A stretch of 64,000 nucleotides of DNA from a virus (IMGVR_UViG_3300025916_000008:40845-104844); one strand, 5' to 3'; numbered from the stretch's first letter, positions 35,621-44,557 are shown. The notes: generated by a model not told the origin, from the sequence alone. A program made the numbers and translations.

Positions 35621-35639
35621 AATACGGCTTTTCTTGATA
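35621..35639 (+). promoter_or_regulatory. 19-bp motif copy (aatacggcttttcttgata)
   Basis: 18 of 19 match; 11 nt after the whiB-like stop and 58 nt upstream of the 35697 ATG. Confidence 0.7.
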
Positions 35640-35646
35640 ACCTCGG

Positions 35647-35671
35647 AGGGCGGCTCAGAACGGGCCGCCCT
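35647..35671 (+). other. stem-loop inside 5' leader (between motif copy and SD)
   Basis: agggcggc ... gccgccct, 8 bp with a 9-nt loop; unusual position downstream of the motif. Confidence 0.4.
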
Positions 35672-35696
35672 TCAGCCTCAGCAAGGAGGGGCAAGC

Positions 35697-36518
35697 ATGC
35701 CAGGACAGGACATCAGCACCAGGGACGGGCGCACGCTCCACGCCCGCAACACGGCCGGGAGCGGCGGCGAGGCGGCTGACGGCCCGGTCGCCGTGCTCGT
35801 CAAGGCCCCGGTGCTCGAAGCCGTCGTCATCATCAGCGACGGGGTGCGCAGTGCCTCCGCCGTCATCGGCGGGGACAAGGCCGATGAGGTACGCGCCCGG
35901 TGGGAGGGCGGCATCTGGCGGCTGGAGTGGCCGGAGGATGCCGGGGTCACCGTCATCAGCGGCGGGGTCCAGTTCGGGAACGGCAACGTCCAGTTCAACA
36001 GCTTCGGCGGCTCCGTCTTCGCCGGGCGCAACGTCACCGTCAACGGGGTACGTGTGGGCAGCGGCAGCATGCCGGCCGTCGAGACTCCCACCCTCCAGCT
36101 CTACCTGCCGTCCGGTTGCACCCTGATGATGGACACCCAGAGCGGCGACCTGCGCGTGCCCGCTCCCGTCAACGAGCGGCACGGCCTGACCGCGCTCAAC
36201 TTCAGCAGCCAGTCCGGGAGCGTCTCCTCTGACTGCGCCGTCGGCAGCCTGAGCGCGCAGACGGCAAGCGGCGACGTCACGGCCAGCGGGGTCACCGGGC
36301 AGGTCAGCGCCAGCTCGATGTCCGGGGACGTCACCATCAGGCAGGCAGCCGGCACTGTCCAGGCAAAGGCCATGAGCGGTGACGTCAAGGTGCACGCCAT
36401 CGAGGGCGTGATGGTCACCGCCTCCTCGATGTCCGGTGATGTCCGGGTCACCCAGGCACAGGGCGTCCGCGCGATGGTGAGCGCGTCCTCGATGTCGGGG
36501 CGCGTCAGCAAGCCCTAG
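35697..36518 (+). CDS. beta-helix repeat protein (DUF4097/adhesin-like SGDV repeats)
   Basis: ATG at 35697 after an AAGGAGGGG; repeated MSGDV(T/K/R)V motifs every ~20 aa. Confidence 0.45.
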   Translation: MPGQDISTRDGRTLHARNTAGSGGEAADGPVAVLVKAPVLEAVVIISDGVRSASAVIGGDKADEVRARWEGGIWRLEWPEDAGVTVISGGVQFGNGNVQFNSFGGSVFAGRNVTVNGVRVGSGSMPAVETPTLQLYLPSGCTLMMDTQSGDLRVPAPVNERHGLTALNFSSQSGSVSSDCAVGSLSAQTASGDVTASGVTGQVSASSMSGDVTIRQAAGTVQAKAMSGDVKVHAIEGVMVTASSMSGDVRVTQAQGVRAMVSASSMSGRVSKP

Positions 36519-36539
36519 CAGCAGGTGACCCTAACCGAG

Positions 36540-36566
36540 GAGGCCGGGAGAAGTTTTCCCGGCCTC
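36540..36566 (+). terminator. terminator hairpin preceding motif copy
   Basis: 9-bp stem gaggccggg / cccggcctc; loop rich in T. Confidence 0.5.
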
Positions 36567-36573
36567 TTCCGCT

Positions 36574-36592
36574 AATACAGCTTTTCTTGATA
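36574..36592 (+). promoter_or_regulatory. 19-bp motif copy, perfect consensus
   Basis: aatacagcttttcttgata; terminator hairpin upstream, conserved leader downstream. Confidence 0.75.
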
Positions 36593-36633
36593 TGTTGGCA
36601 GTGCAAGGGACGAGCAGCGAGGAGGAGCGCCAG

Positions 36634-37047
36634 ATGGGCAGCTACGACCAGCTTCCAGAGGACTACGACGGGCCTGCCCCCGAGCACGCGATCTTGTGCA
36701 ACTCCAGGTGGAGCCACAAGGGCCTGCGTCACGCGCACCCCAGCGTCGAGCTGGTAAGGCTGTGCTACGCCGCTGCCGCCGACGAGGCGAAGGGCATGGA
36801 GGTCTGGCCCTGCTCCTGGGGGATGCTGGCTTACAACGAGGACGGCGCTTACACCGTCGAGTGCGGGCTCCCCACCCGCTACACCGACCAGCGCGGCTCC
36901 TACGAGTGCGCAGGGGGACACGATCACGTCCCTGCCGACCTGCTCTACGAGCGGGGCCAGGCCTATACCGATGACCCGCTGGAGGCCGAGGGCCTGGCGC
37001 GCAACGGCGTCTTCCCGCTCCAGCCGAACGGGCAGGCGTGGTCCTGA
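36634..37047 (+). CDS. hypothetical protein
   Basis: ATG at 36634 after a conserved leader with a GAGGAGGAG SD. Confidence 0.5.
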   Translation: MGSYDQLPEDYDGPAPEHAILCNSRWSHKGLRHAHPSVELVRLCYAAAADEAKGMEVWPCSWGMLAYNEDGAYTVECGLPTRYTDQRGSYECAGGHDHVPADLLYERGQAYTDDPLEAEGLARNGVFPLQPNGQAWS

Positions 37048-37367
37048 TGCCCGCGTACAGGCTGATAGCCGTCAAGGCGGACGGGACAGGACTCGACCAC
37101 TCGTGGGGCGACTCCTACGAGGTTGAGCACGCCACCTACCCGGAGGCCGAGGCAGACGTCCTCGGCCGCGAGGGAGCAGACGGCGCGAAGCCCTACGACA
37201 GGATCGTGAAGGGCTGGGTGAAGGACGGCTGGCGCTGGGACCCGATCCCCGCCTGCCAGGGGTGCGGGAGCTTTCCCGCCGAAACCCAGTGGGCCGGGAC
37301 CGGCGAGCTGATCTGCTGGACGTGCTGCGAGGCCAGGCAGATGCCTGATGAAGGGAGAGAGCAGTGA
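37047..37367 (+). CDS. hypothetical protein with C-terminal CQGCG...CWTCC
   Basis: ATG at 37047 (or GTG at 37038). Confidence 0.45.
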   Translation: MPAYRLIAVKADGTGLDHSWGDSYEVEHATYPEAEADVLGREGADGAKPYDRIVKGWVKDGWRWDPIPACQGCGSFPAETQWAGTGELICWTCCEARQMPDEGREQ

Positions 37368-37543
37368 GCCAGGAAGAGCGGGCACTGACCCAGGAGGAGC
37401 GGGCGCTCAAGCGGTGCTGCCGCGCCTGCCGGGCAGGCGTCGGCGAGAAGTGCTTCGACCTGCGGCCCGGCTACAAGGGGCTGCGGAAGAAGCACCTCTG
37501 CTCCACGCGCGTCGTGGACGCGAGGCCGGGGGCGAGGCGGTGA
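37364..37543 (+). CDS. small Zn-ribbon protein
   Basis: GTG at 37364 (GTGA); CCRACRAG...CFDLRPGY, paralogous to the C-terminus of the next gene. Confidence 0.35.
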   Translation: MSQEERALTQEERALKRCCRACRAGVGEKCFDLRPGYKGLRKKHLCSTRVVDARPGARR

Positions 37544-37974
37544 CCGACGGGATTCTCAGGGAGCACGGCGTCACCCCCAGCGCCGAGAGCATCTTCGCCA
37601 GGTGGGGCATGTGGCCCAGCTCCCCGGCGGTCAGCGAGATCGCCCGTCGCGAGCAGGCTAAGCGGCTGCTCGTGTACCTCGCCCTCAAGGGCTACGGCGT
37701 GCCCGCCTGGGACCGCCTCACCAAGGGCGAGCAGGACGCCCTGTCCGAGGAGCTGGCCAGGGTGTTCCGGGACACCGAGGCCGAGGTGCGCAAGCTGGCC
37801 CTCGCTGAGCTGGCCGAGTACGAGCGCAGGGCGCTGGCCCTCCAGTGCGAGAAGTGCCGTGCCCAGGAGGGCACCCAGTGCTGGGACATGCGTCCGGGCT
37901 TCCAGAGGAGGCACGTCAGCCACCCGCACAAGGAGCGGATGGAAGCGCTGGCAGAGGCGGAGGCGGAAGCGTGA
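37540..37974 (+). CDS. hypothetical protein with C-terminal Zn ribbon
   Basis: GTG at 37540 (GTGA); CEKCRAQEGTQCWDMRPGF. Confidence 0.45.
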   Translation: MTDGILREHGVTPSAESIFARWGMWPSSPAVSEIARREQAKRLLVYLALKGYGVPAWDRLTKGEQDALSEELARVFRDTEAEVRKLALAELAEYERRALALQCEKCRAQEGTQCWDMRPGFQRRHVSHPHKERMEALAEAEAEA

Positions 37975-38498
37975 GGTTCTTCGAGGAGTACAGGGTGAGG
38001 CTCGCCGACCCGGTGTTCGACTGGGATGCCCTGTCGTGGCTGCGCGCCGCCGTCGAGGCGCGCCTGGTGGACATGCACGAGCGGGCGGGCGAGGTGCTGC
38101 CCACCGACCTGGCGCGGGGCCTGGACCGGATGGCCGGCTACGCGGGCCGCGACCAGATGTACCTGGTGCTGCACGGCCAGAACCTGATCGCCTGCCACGC
38201 GCTCACCCCCGACGGCGACCCTGTGTTCTGGACGCCCGGGGAGCTGCGCCAGGAGGCGCTGTACCTCGACAACGCGATGGTGCACCCGACCAAGGCCCAC
38301 ATGGGGCTCGGCGCGCTGATCACCAGGCACGCCCTCGAAGAGGCCAGGGAGCGGCGCATGGACTTCGTGCGCCTGGACTGCCAGCGCTCCAACCCGAGGC
38401 TGCGCTCCCACTGGGAGAACCTCGGCTTCACCCACCTGCGCGACGTGGAGGTACCCGGCCGCGCGTCCGGCACCCTGATGGAGGCGAAGGTCTCGTAA
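37971..38498 (+). CDS. GNAT family N-acetyltransferase
   Basis: Motif A-like segment VHPTKAHMGLGALITRHALEEARERRMDFVRLDCQRSNPRLRSHWENLGF. Confidence 0.55.
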   Translation: MRFFEEYRVRLADPVFDWDALSWLRAAVEARLVDMHERAGEVLPTDLARGLDRMAGYAGRDQMYLVLHGQNLIACHALTPDGDPVFWTPGELRQEALYLDNAMVHPTKAHMGLGALITRHALEEARERRMDFVRLDCQRSNPRLRSHWENLGFTHLRDVEVPGRASGTLMEAKVS

Positions 38499-39025
38499 TG
38501 GCACAACAGGACAAGTACGGCAACTGGTGGCCCGATTACTTCTTCACCAACCCGTCGCCGGAAGAGCAGGAACGACTCGACAACCTCGCCCGGGGAGCGT
38601 TCGCCGCAGGCAATGCCTCGGTCGCCGCCAACCCGTCCGATCCCGCGTTCTGGATGCTCCTCGACAAGCACGTCAGCATCCCTGTGGTGCACCGGGACGG
38701 CTGCTACATCTGCGAGGACCCCGAGTTCGCCGCGATGGGGCTGCCGCTGTGCTCCCCCTGCCCGAACTGCGTGCGGCAGATGGAGATCTGCCCGACGTGC
38801 GGCGGGCGCGGCGGGATGGCCGACAACACCCCCTGCACCGACTGCCTGAAGACCGGCATCATCGGCACCCTCGGCCACATCGCCGCCGACGACACCACGT
38901 GCGACGAGTGCGACTACGAGCACGGCCCCGACGACTACGGGGAGGACGGGCTGCTCACCGGGATGCCCAGGGAGAAGGCCGTGTTCGTCTACAACCTGAA
39001 GCACCCCCAGGACCCCAGGTCATGA
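38498..39025 (+). CDS. Cys-rich protein (multiple CxxC)
   Basis: ATG at 38498; CYIC, CSPCPNC, CPTCG, CTDC, CDEC. Confidence 0.5.
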   Translation: MAQQDKYGNWWPDYFFTNPSPEEQERLDNLARGAFAAGNASVAANPSDPAFWMLLDKHVSIPVVHRDGCYICEDPEFAAMGLPLCSPCPNCVRQMEICPTCGGRGGMADNTPCTDCLKTGIIGTLGHIAADDTTCDECDYEHGPDDYGEDGLLTGMPREKAVFVYNLKHPQDPRS

Positions 39026-39348
39026 CTCGCGACGAGCTGGTAGCGCGAGACGAGGCGTACCTGGAGGAGGCCAGGCAGGCGGCCGAGGCCGTGATCGACG
39101 GCATCATCCCTGCGGTCTACCTCCCCGCCTGGCCCCGGAACTACAACCCGTACCTCCTGCTGGGCAGCACCACCGACCCGGCCGTCTTCCGGCTCACCCT
39201 GGTCAACATCAGGCTGGCCATCCGGACGGAGGAGGCCTGGTCGAAGTGCGTCAACTGCGAGCGGCTGTACCTGTGCGGCGCTTACGGTAACACCTGCTCG
39301 GCCGAGTGCTTCGCCGCCCGCTCGAACTTCCTCGACAACCCGAAGTAA
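39022..39348 (+). CDS. hypothetical protein with C-terminal CVNC...CSAEC
   Basis: ATG at 39022; coupled. Confidence 0.45.
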   Translation: MTRDELVARDEAYLEEARQAAEAVIDGIIPAVYLPAWPRNYNPYLLLGSTTDPAVFRLTLVNIRLAIRTEEAWSKCVNCERLYLCGAYGNTCSAECFAARSNFLDNPK

Positions 39349-39369
39349 ATCCGTCACAGAAGGGAAATC

Positions 39370-39846
39370 ATGAACATCCCACGGTTCCTCGCCGTCGCCG
39401 CCGTCGCGGCAGGCGTCATCACGGTCGCCGCGTGCGGCCCGTCCAGCGGGAACGGGGCCGCGTCGCACGTCCCCACCGCGTTCACGCCCTCGGCTATCGC
39501 CAGCGCCACCCAGGCGCAGGCCGCCGAGTCCGCTGTCGCCCAGGTGGCCGACAAGTGCCTCCCCCAGGGCACCAGCGTCAACCTCTGGATCGTCGAGCTG
39601 CTCGCCAAGAAGAGCACCCGCCAGGCGTTCGTCACGTGCGAGAAGATCCCTCCGGGCGACGGCGACAAGGTGGCCGCGTGCATCCTCACCGCCGCCCAGG
39701 CCTACCACGCCAGCAGCGCGGACAAGGCCGCGAAGCAGGCGGCGTTCATCACGAGCGCCGGCACCTGCGTCAACAGCCTCGGCGCTACCCCCTCGGGCAG
39801 CCCGTCCGCCGCGTCGCTCGCCCCTAGCACCGCGAGCAGCACGTGA
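39370..39846 (+). CDS. secreted lipoprotein
   Basis: Signal peptide with lipobox VAAC at residues 19-22; Ala/Ser-rich mature part. Confidence 0.55.
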   Translation: MNIPRFLAVAAVAAGVITVAACGPSSGNGAASHVPTAFTPSAIASATQAQAAESAVAQVADKCLPQGTSVNLWIVELLAKKSTRQAFVTCEKIPPGDGDKVAACILTAAQAYHASSADKAAKQAAFITSAGTCVNSLGATPSGSPSAASLAPSTASST

Positions 39847-40868
39847 GCGTCATCTCGCACCTGCTCCCCCACCGCAAGCTCGCCGGGCAGGTGAACGCAG
39901 GCATCAGCGACGGCATCACCGCCCTCGGCCAGTCCCAGGGCACTCTGCTCACCGGGCAGAAGGTCAAGGCCCGCTTCATCCAGTCCGCGATCTGGGGCAT
40001 CGTCGCCGGCCTCTGCGGCGCGGCCGTCGTCGCCGGCTTCTACGACGGCCTGTTCCAGGTGAACTGGTACGTCCACGTCGGCGACGTCCACTTCGAGATC
40101 TTCTGGCTGAAGAGCTGGTGGGACAACCTGGTCGGCTACCCCTGGTGGACCTTGTACCGGCACGGGATACGCGACTATGGCGAGCCTGCCTTCGCCACCC
40201 TCGCGGTCAAGACCCTGATGGCGAACCGCAAGTACTGGGGCGTCCGGGTCAGTGGCGTGGAGGTGGCCGTGCGAGCGGCGGCGGTCATCGTCCTCACCAT
40301 CGTCCTGGCGGTCCTCGGGATCTGGCTGGTCGACTTCAGCCTCCCCTGGGCATGGGCGCACGTCGCGTCCTCCGTCGGCCACCCCGGCTACAAGGTGAGC
40401 GCTCACTTCCTCGGCAAGCTCAGCGTCCCGCAGCTCGCCTTCGGGCTGCTCGTCATGGGCCAGGTCATCCACCGCGTGTGGGCTCCGGCCGGGGCGACGC
40501 TCCAGGGCGCGCTGATGGACCGGGCGGTCGATCGCAAGCAGTCGGTCGTGCAGAAGGCCAGCGCGCACCTGGCAGCCAGCATCCCGGGCTACGGCAAGTC
40601 CATCTCGATGGACGAGGCCGTGGTGATCGACCACGCCGGGTGGCACATCATCCCTGCCTGGGTCCGGCTGCCGCTGTCGCCGCCCGTCATCCGGGAGCGC
40701 TTCTCCGAGATGTGGCGCGGCAACCAGGCGGTGAAGACCCGCAAGGGCCACCGCACGGCCATCATGATCCTGGCCTTCTTCCTGTTCCTGGTCATGTGCC
40801 TCGGCCTGGTGGGGGCGCACTGGGCGGCGCTGGGGCACACGGTGCCGTACCTGTTCCCGGGGCACTAG
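39843..40868 (+). CDS. polytopic membrane protein (341 aa)
   Basis: GTG at 39843 coupled to the lipoprotein gene; at least 6 hydrophobic helices. Confidence 0.5.
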   Translation: MSVISHLLPHRKLAGQVNAGISDGITALGQSQGTLLTGQKVKARFIQSAIWGIVAGLCGAAVVAGFYDGLFQVNWYVHVGDVHFEIFWLKSWWDNLVGYPWWTLYRHGIRDYGEPAFATLAVKTLMANRKYWGVRVSGVEVAVRAAAVIVLTIVLAVLGIWLVDFSLPWAWAHVASSVGHPGYKVSAHFLGKLSVPQLAFGLLVMGQVIHRVWAPAGATLQGALMDRAVDRKQSVVQKASAHLAASIPGYGKSISMDEAVVIDHAGWHIIPAWVRLPLSPPVIRERFSEMWRGNQAVKTRKGHRTAIMILAFFLFLVMCLGLVGAHWAALGHTVPYLFPGH

Positions 40869-40883
40869 CACCAGGGAACCCAG

Positions 40884-40918
40884 GGGGCCGCAGGAGTGAT
40901 AATCACCCCTGCGGCCCC
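40884..40918 (+). terminator. terminator hairpin preceding motif copy
   Basis: 11-bp perfect stem ggggccgcagg / cctgcggcccc extended by a partly palindromic loop. Confidence 0.55.
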
Positions 40919-40925
40919 TTCCATG

Positions 40926-40944
40926 AATACAGCTTTTCTTGATA
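40926..40944 (+). promoter_or_regulatory. 19-bp motif copy, perfect consensus
   Basis: Preceded by hairpin 40884-40918; ATG 10 nt downstream. Confidence 0.75.
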
Positions 40945-40954
40945 ATATTCTCTC

Positions 40955-41299
40955 ATGAGCCTCACCCAGTTGATGATCCGCCCGGAGATCCTCGCCGCCC
41001 ACAAGGCCACCTGGTTCGTGGTGGCCGGACGCCAGCGGATACGCCGCACCAGCAGGATGCGCGGCACCTGGGGCTACGACGTCACCTGCTCGTGCGGCTG
41101 GGACAGCAAGACCGGCGGCGCGACCAGGGGCAGCGTGGAGGACGCGCTGTTCGACCACCGCATGGACGCCCAGATCGACGCTGACGCGCTCGCCCAGGCC
41201 TGCCCCGACTGCAAGGCCGAGCCCGGCACCGGGTGCAGCGACTGGAGCCGCCTGGTCAGCTACATGCACGCCGGGCGTTACCAGGCCATCCCCGACTGA
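40955..41299 (+). CDS. hypothetical protein with CSCG...CPDC
   Basis: ATG 10 nt after the motif copy. Confidence 0.45.
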   Translation: MSLTQLMIRPEILAAHKATWFVVAGRQRIRRTSRMRGTWGYDVTCSCGWDSKTGGATRGSVEDALFDHRMDAQIDADALAQACPDCKAEPGTGCSDWSRLVSYMHAGRYQAIPD

Positions 41300-41341
41300 G
41301 GACTTTCTTCCCGCAAGGAACCAGCAACCGAAAGAGGGAAC

Positions 41342-42079
41342 ATGCCAGACAACAACGACCTGCTCGACCGGGTGCGCAAGCTGCTCGCCAAGGCCGAGGA
41401 CGAGGGCTGCCCGCCGACCGAGGCCGAGGCGCTGACCGCCAAGGCGGCCGAGCTGATGGCCCGCTACGGCATCGACCGGGCGCTGCTCGGCGCGCTGCGC
41501 CCGGAAACCGACAAGCCGACCAGCAGGGCGTTCACCCTCGACAACCCCTGGGGCGACGTGAAGCGTCACCTGCTGGCCGGCCTGGCGAGCGTGATGCGCT
41601 GCCAGTGCGTGCAGACCAAGAGCGGCCGGGGCGCGGCAGAGACCACCGTCCTGCGCGTCTTCGGTTACCAGTCGGACATCGACCGGGCCGAGCTGCTGTT
41701 CACCTCGCTGCTCGTGCAGCAGGCCAGGGCGCTCGCCAGCCAGGCGGTGCCCGGCTACGGCAGCGAGGCGCGGACGTGGCGGCGCTCCTGGATGCTCGGG
41801 TTCAACTCGGCCGTGGTAGCGCGGGTCCGCGCGGCCGAGGAAGCTGCCGCCAAGTCCTCGGAGGACTCCGGCGAGGAGGCCGGGGGGATGTCCTCCGCCC
41901 TGGTCCTGGCCGACCGATCGCTGGTTGTCCGGTCCCTGGTGAGCAGCCAGTACCCCCGGCTCCGCAAGGCGCGGGTCACCTACTCGGGCGACGGTTACGG
42001 CGACGGGTACCGCGAGGGGCAGAAGGCCGACATCGGCACCACCCGGATCGGCGGAGGGCAGCGGGCGCTCAGCCGCTAG
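41342..42079 (+). CDS. DUF2786-like protein
   Basis: N-terminal LLDRVRKLLAKAEDEGCPPTEAEALTAKAAELMARYGI matches the DUF2786 signature; GAAAGAGGGAA SD. Confidence 0.5.
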   Translation: MPDNNDLLDRVRKLLAKAEDEGCPPTEAEALTAKAAELMARYGIDRALLGALRPETDKPTSRAFTLDNPWGDVKRHLLAGLASVMRCQCVQTKSGRGAAETTVLRVFGYQSDIDRAELLFTSLLVQQARALASQAVPGYGSEARTWRRSWMLGFNSAVVARVRAAEEAAAKSSEDSGEEAGGMSSALVLADRSLVVRSLVSSQYPRLRKARVTYSGDGYGDGYREGQKADIGTTRIGGGQRALSR

Positions 42080-42095
42080 CCCGGTGCGGAGAGGG

Positions 42096-42122
42096 CGCAG
42101 GGGAAGCCCTGCGTCCTTTTCG
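42096..42122 (+). terminator. intrinsic terminator with T-tract
   Basis: 7-bp stem cgcaggg / ccctgcg with loop gaag, then tccttttcg. Confidence 0.55.
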
Positions 42123-42138
42123 CGTTCCCCATTGCGTC

Positions 42139-42157
42139 AATACAGCTTTTCTTGATA
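42139..42157 (+). promoter_or_regulatory. 19-bp motif copy, perfect consensus, start of 60-nt cassette
   Basis: Followed by leader atgttggtcttgcaagggacgagcggccaggaggacccc ATG. Confidence 0.75.
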
Positions 42158-42196
42158 ATGTTGGTCTTGCAAGGGACGAGCGGCCAGGAGGACCCC

Positions 42197-42502
42197 ATGG
42201 GATACCAGATGACCCCCACGACCAGGACGGCGATCCGGGCGCTGACGGCGGCCGGCCTCCGGCACCGTGGCCCCGACAAGGACTTCAAGGTCTGCAAGGA
42301 GACGAAGAACGGCGAGGTCCAGTACACCTACGTCGTCTTCCTCACCGAGCGCGGCGCGAAGCTCGCCCTCACCGAGGCCCGCTACATCGAGGCCGTCTGC
42401 CGCGACTACGGCTACCCGTTCCACGTGGTGCCGACCAGGAACCGCGCCGGCGGGGCGATCATGCACAACAGCACCGCGCCGAGCACGCAGGGGGAGCAGT
42501 GA
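42197..42502 (+). CDS. hypothetical protein
   Basis: ATG at 42197 after the conserved motif-leader cassette (CCAGGAGGA SD). Confidence 0.5.
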   Translation: MGYQMTPTTRTAIRALTAAGLRHRGPDKDFKVCKETKNGEVQYTYVVFLTERGAKLALTEARYIEAVCRDYGYPFHVVPTRNRAGGAIMHNSTAPSTQGEQ

Positions 42503-42939
42503 GCATCAGGTGGCACCGGATGACGATGACCGTGGACGGGCACGACAGCCCGCTCCTGGTCTACGTCAACGACGAGCGCGACTGGGCCGGCTGGACGATC
42601 GACCGGGTGCCCCAGGGCTCCCGGTTCGAGTACCAGGTGCGGTACCACAGCGACAAGATGGGCGGCCTCCAGCCCGGCCTCGCCGAGGCCAGGGCCGTCG
42701 TCGAGCGCGGCGGCCGGGACGCCTACGACCCGCCGCGCATGAGCGGCCGGGTGCAGGTCGAGTACGAGTACGCCGTCACCAGCGGGATCGTGAAGCAGGA
42801 CAACGGCGGCAGCCGCGTCCTGGTCCGCATGAAGACCCCGGACGGCCCCCAGGTCGGCCGCAACGTGGTGGCTTACCACGGGCACCCGTACGAGCGCTGG
42901 ATCGAGCGATCGAAGCTGAAGGAGTACAGGCGCTGGTAA
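42499..42939 (+). CDS. hypothetical protein
   Basis: GTG at 42499 (residue 423 of ORF 41233-42939). Confidence 0.45.
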   Translation: MSIRWHRMTMTVDGHDSPLLVYVNDERDWAGWTIDRVPQGSRFEYQVRYHSDKMGGLQPGLAEARAVVERGGRDAYDPPRMSGRVQVEYEYAVTSGIVKQDNGGSRVLVRMKTPDGPQVGRNVVAYHGHPYERWIERSKLKEYRRW

Positions 42940-42952
42940 TTCCTCCTTCCTA

Positions 42953-42971
42953 AATACAGCTTTTCTTGATA
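42953..42971 (+). promoter_or_regulatory. 19-bp motif copy, perfect consensus, second copy of 60-nt cassette
   Basis: Leader nearly identical to the 42158-42196 leader. Confidence 0.75.
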
Positions 42972-43010
42972 ATGTTGGTCTTGCAAGGGACAAGCGACCA
43001 GGAGGACCTG

Positions 43011-43991
43011 ATGACCCAGATGACCCGCCAGCAGATGACCGAGTTCGACGCCCGCGAGCTGGAGTACATCACCCGGCGCGACGAGGTAATGCTCCGCCTG
43101 GCCAGCTTCCAGGACCGCGTGCACCCCATGGTGCGCGACAAGCGCCAGCGCTTCGGCTCCAGGACCTGGGAACTCACCGACCAGCAGGCCGAGGAGCTGC
43201 TGGAGCAGCACGCGGCCGGGGACGACGCCTGGGACGCGCGCATCTCGATGCGGCCCTCGGAGATGATCATCCTCCTCGCTCAGACCCGCGACCTGATCAG
43301 CGTCCTGAACGGCTCCATCGAGGCGATGGAGAACGAGTACCGCAAGGCTCCCTGGCAGCGGTACTTTCCCTGCCTGAACGCCGACGGCCACATCCACGCC
43401 ACGCTGCGAGCCTGCCCTACCGTCCGCCTGGACACCTCGATGGGATGGGCCGTCCAGTACTCCGGCCTCACCGCCGACGAGGCCATCCATGGGGTACCCG
43501 GTGAGTTCGAGGGCCTCGGCGAGACGCTGTGCTCGGTCTGCTTCCCCGGTGCCCCCGCCGAGTGGTGCCGGACCCGCAGCGAGATCACCCGCGCCGAGCG
43601 CGAGGCGGCCAAGGCAGTGAAGGACGCCGAGCGGGATGCCGTCAAGGCCGCCAAGAACCTGGCCGAGCCGTTCAGGGCCTGGGACGGGGACCGCATCACC
43701 ACGGTGGCCGCCGCCAAGGCAGCCGTCCGCAGGCCGGCCGAGACCCAGGTCGAGCTGGAGTGGAACAAGACCCTGGAGGCCTCCAGCCGGTGGGAGGACC
43801 AGGAGAGCTACCAGGCGTTCATCGCCCGCATGGAGCGCCGCCTGGAGATGGAGCGGGCGGACGCGGTTCAGCTCAGCTACATCCTGATCGCCCGCGAGGC
43901 CGCTGCCCCCGGCACCGGCTGGAGCCGGGCCGACCAGGACAAGGCCTTCGCCGACGCGCTGAAGCGCAACCGCAGGGCCTGGTTCAAGTAA
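43011..43991 (+). CDS. hypothetical protein (326 aa)
   Basis: ATG at 43011 after the second copy of the motif-leader cassette. Confidence 0.5.
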   Translation: MTQMTRQQMTEFDARELEYITRRDEVMLRLASFQDRVHPMVRDKRQRFGSRTWELTDQQAEELLEQHAAGDDAWDARISMRPSEMIILLAQTRDLISVLNGSIEAMENEYRKAPWQRYFPCLNADGHIHATLRACPTVRLDTSMGWAVQYSGLTADEAIHGVPGEFEGLGETLCSVCFPGAPAEWCRTRSEITRAEREAAKAVKDAERDAVKAAKNLAEPFRAWDGDRITTVAAAKAAVRRPAETQVELEWNKTLEASSRWEDQESYQAFIARMERRLEMERADAVQLSYILIAREAAAPGTGWSRADQDKAFADALKRNRRAWFK

Positions 43992-43995
43992 GACC

Positions 43996-44031
43996 AGAGG
44001 CCCGGCCCCCGTCACTAGGGGCCGGGCCTCT
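43996..44031 (+). terminator. terminator hairpin
   Basis: 14-bp stem agaggcccggcccc / ggggccgggcctct with loop cgtcacta, then ttaac. Confidence 0.6.
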
Positions 44032-44043
44032 TTAACATCCGTA

Positions 44044-44062
44044 TATCAAGAAAACCTGTATC
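44044..44062 (-). promoter_or_regulatory. 19-bp motif copy in reverse orientation (tatcaagaaaacctgtatc)
   Basis: 17 of 19 match to the reverse complement; between terminator 43996-44031 and the 44074 ATG. Confidence 0.6.
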
Positions 44063-44073
44063 ATGGAGGAACT

Positions 44074-44382
44074 ATGAGCGACCACTACCATCACGTCGGC
44101 GACGTCCAGGGGGCAGCCCCAGAGGGGCACAGCCACACGCCCCGTGAGATCGGCGCGGCCGAGGAGCACGACCTGGAAATGCTCAGGCGCGACGTCCAGC
44201 GGCTCGAATCCCAGCTCACCGAGGCGCTGCGCCAGCATGCCGAGCTGGTGCGCCAGCACCAGGAGATGGCGAAGGACCAGACCGAGCTGGTGGAGCTGGT
44301 CCAGACACTCACCAGGGCTACCCAGTCAATCGGCCAGAGCGTGGCCGACCTGTCCTCAACGATCCAGGGAGTACTCTCATGA
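44074..44382 (+). CDS. hypothetical coiled-coil protein
   Basis: GGAGGAA SD; His-rich N-terminus then a Leu/Gln/Glu heptad-like segment. Confidence 0.45.
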   Translation: MSDHYHHVGDVQGAAPEGHSHTPREIGAAEEHDLEMLRRDVQRLESQLTEALRQHAELVRQHQEMAKDQTELVELVQTLTRATQSIGQSVADLSSTIQGVLS

Positions 44383-44555
44383 CCCTCTTCGGGTGGGAAC
44401 TGAGCCGCATCCTCAAGTGGCTCCTGATCCTCGCCGTCATCGTGTTCATCTTCAAGAACCCGGTCGGCGCGGCAGCGGAGTTCCACCGCTTCCTCGCCTT
44501 CCTCGACCACATCATGAACAGCATCATCACGTTCGTGAACTCGGCCGCCTCCTAG
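44379..44555 (+). CDS. small membrane protein (58 aa)
   Basis: ATGA-coupled ATG; two hydrophobic helices. Confidence 0.35.
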   Translation: MTLFGWELSRILKWLLILAVIVFIFKNPVGAAAEFHRFLAFLDHIMNSIITFVNSAAS

Positions 44556-44557
44556 CC

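Noticed and set aside
36574-36592. Fitting the motif to a sigma-70 -35 (TTGACA-like ATACAG or TTGATA) plus -10
   Set aside because: No hexamer pair with 16-18-bp spacing is conserved across copies, and bases following TTGATA vary. It is left as a non-canonical element.
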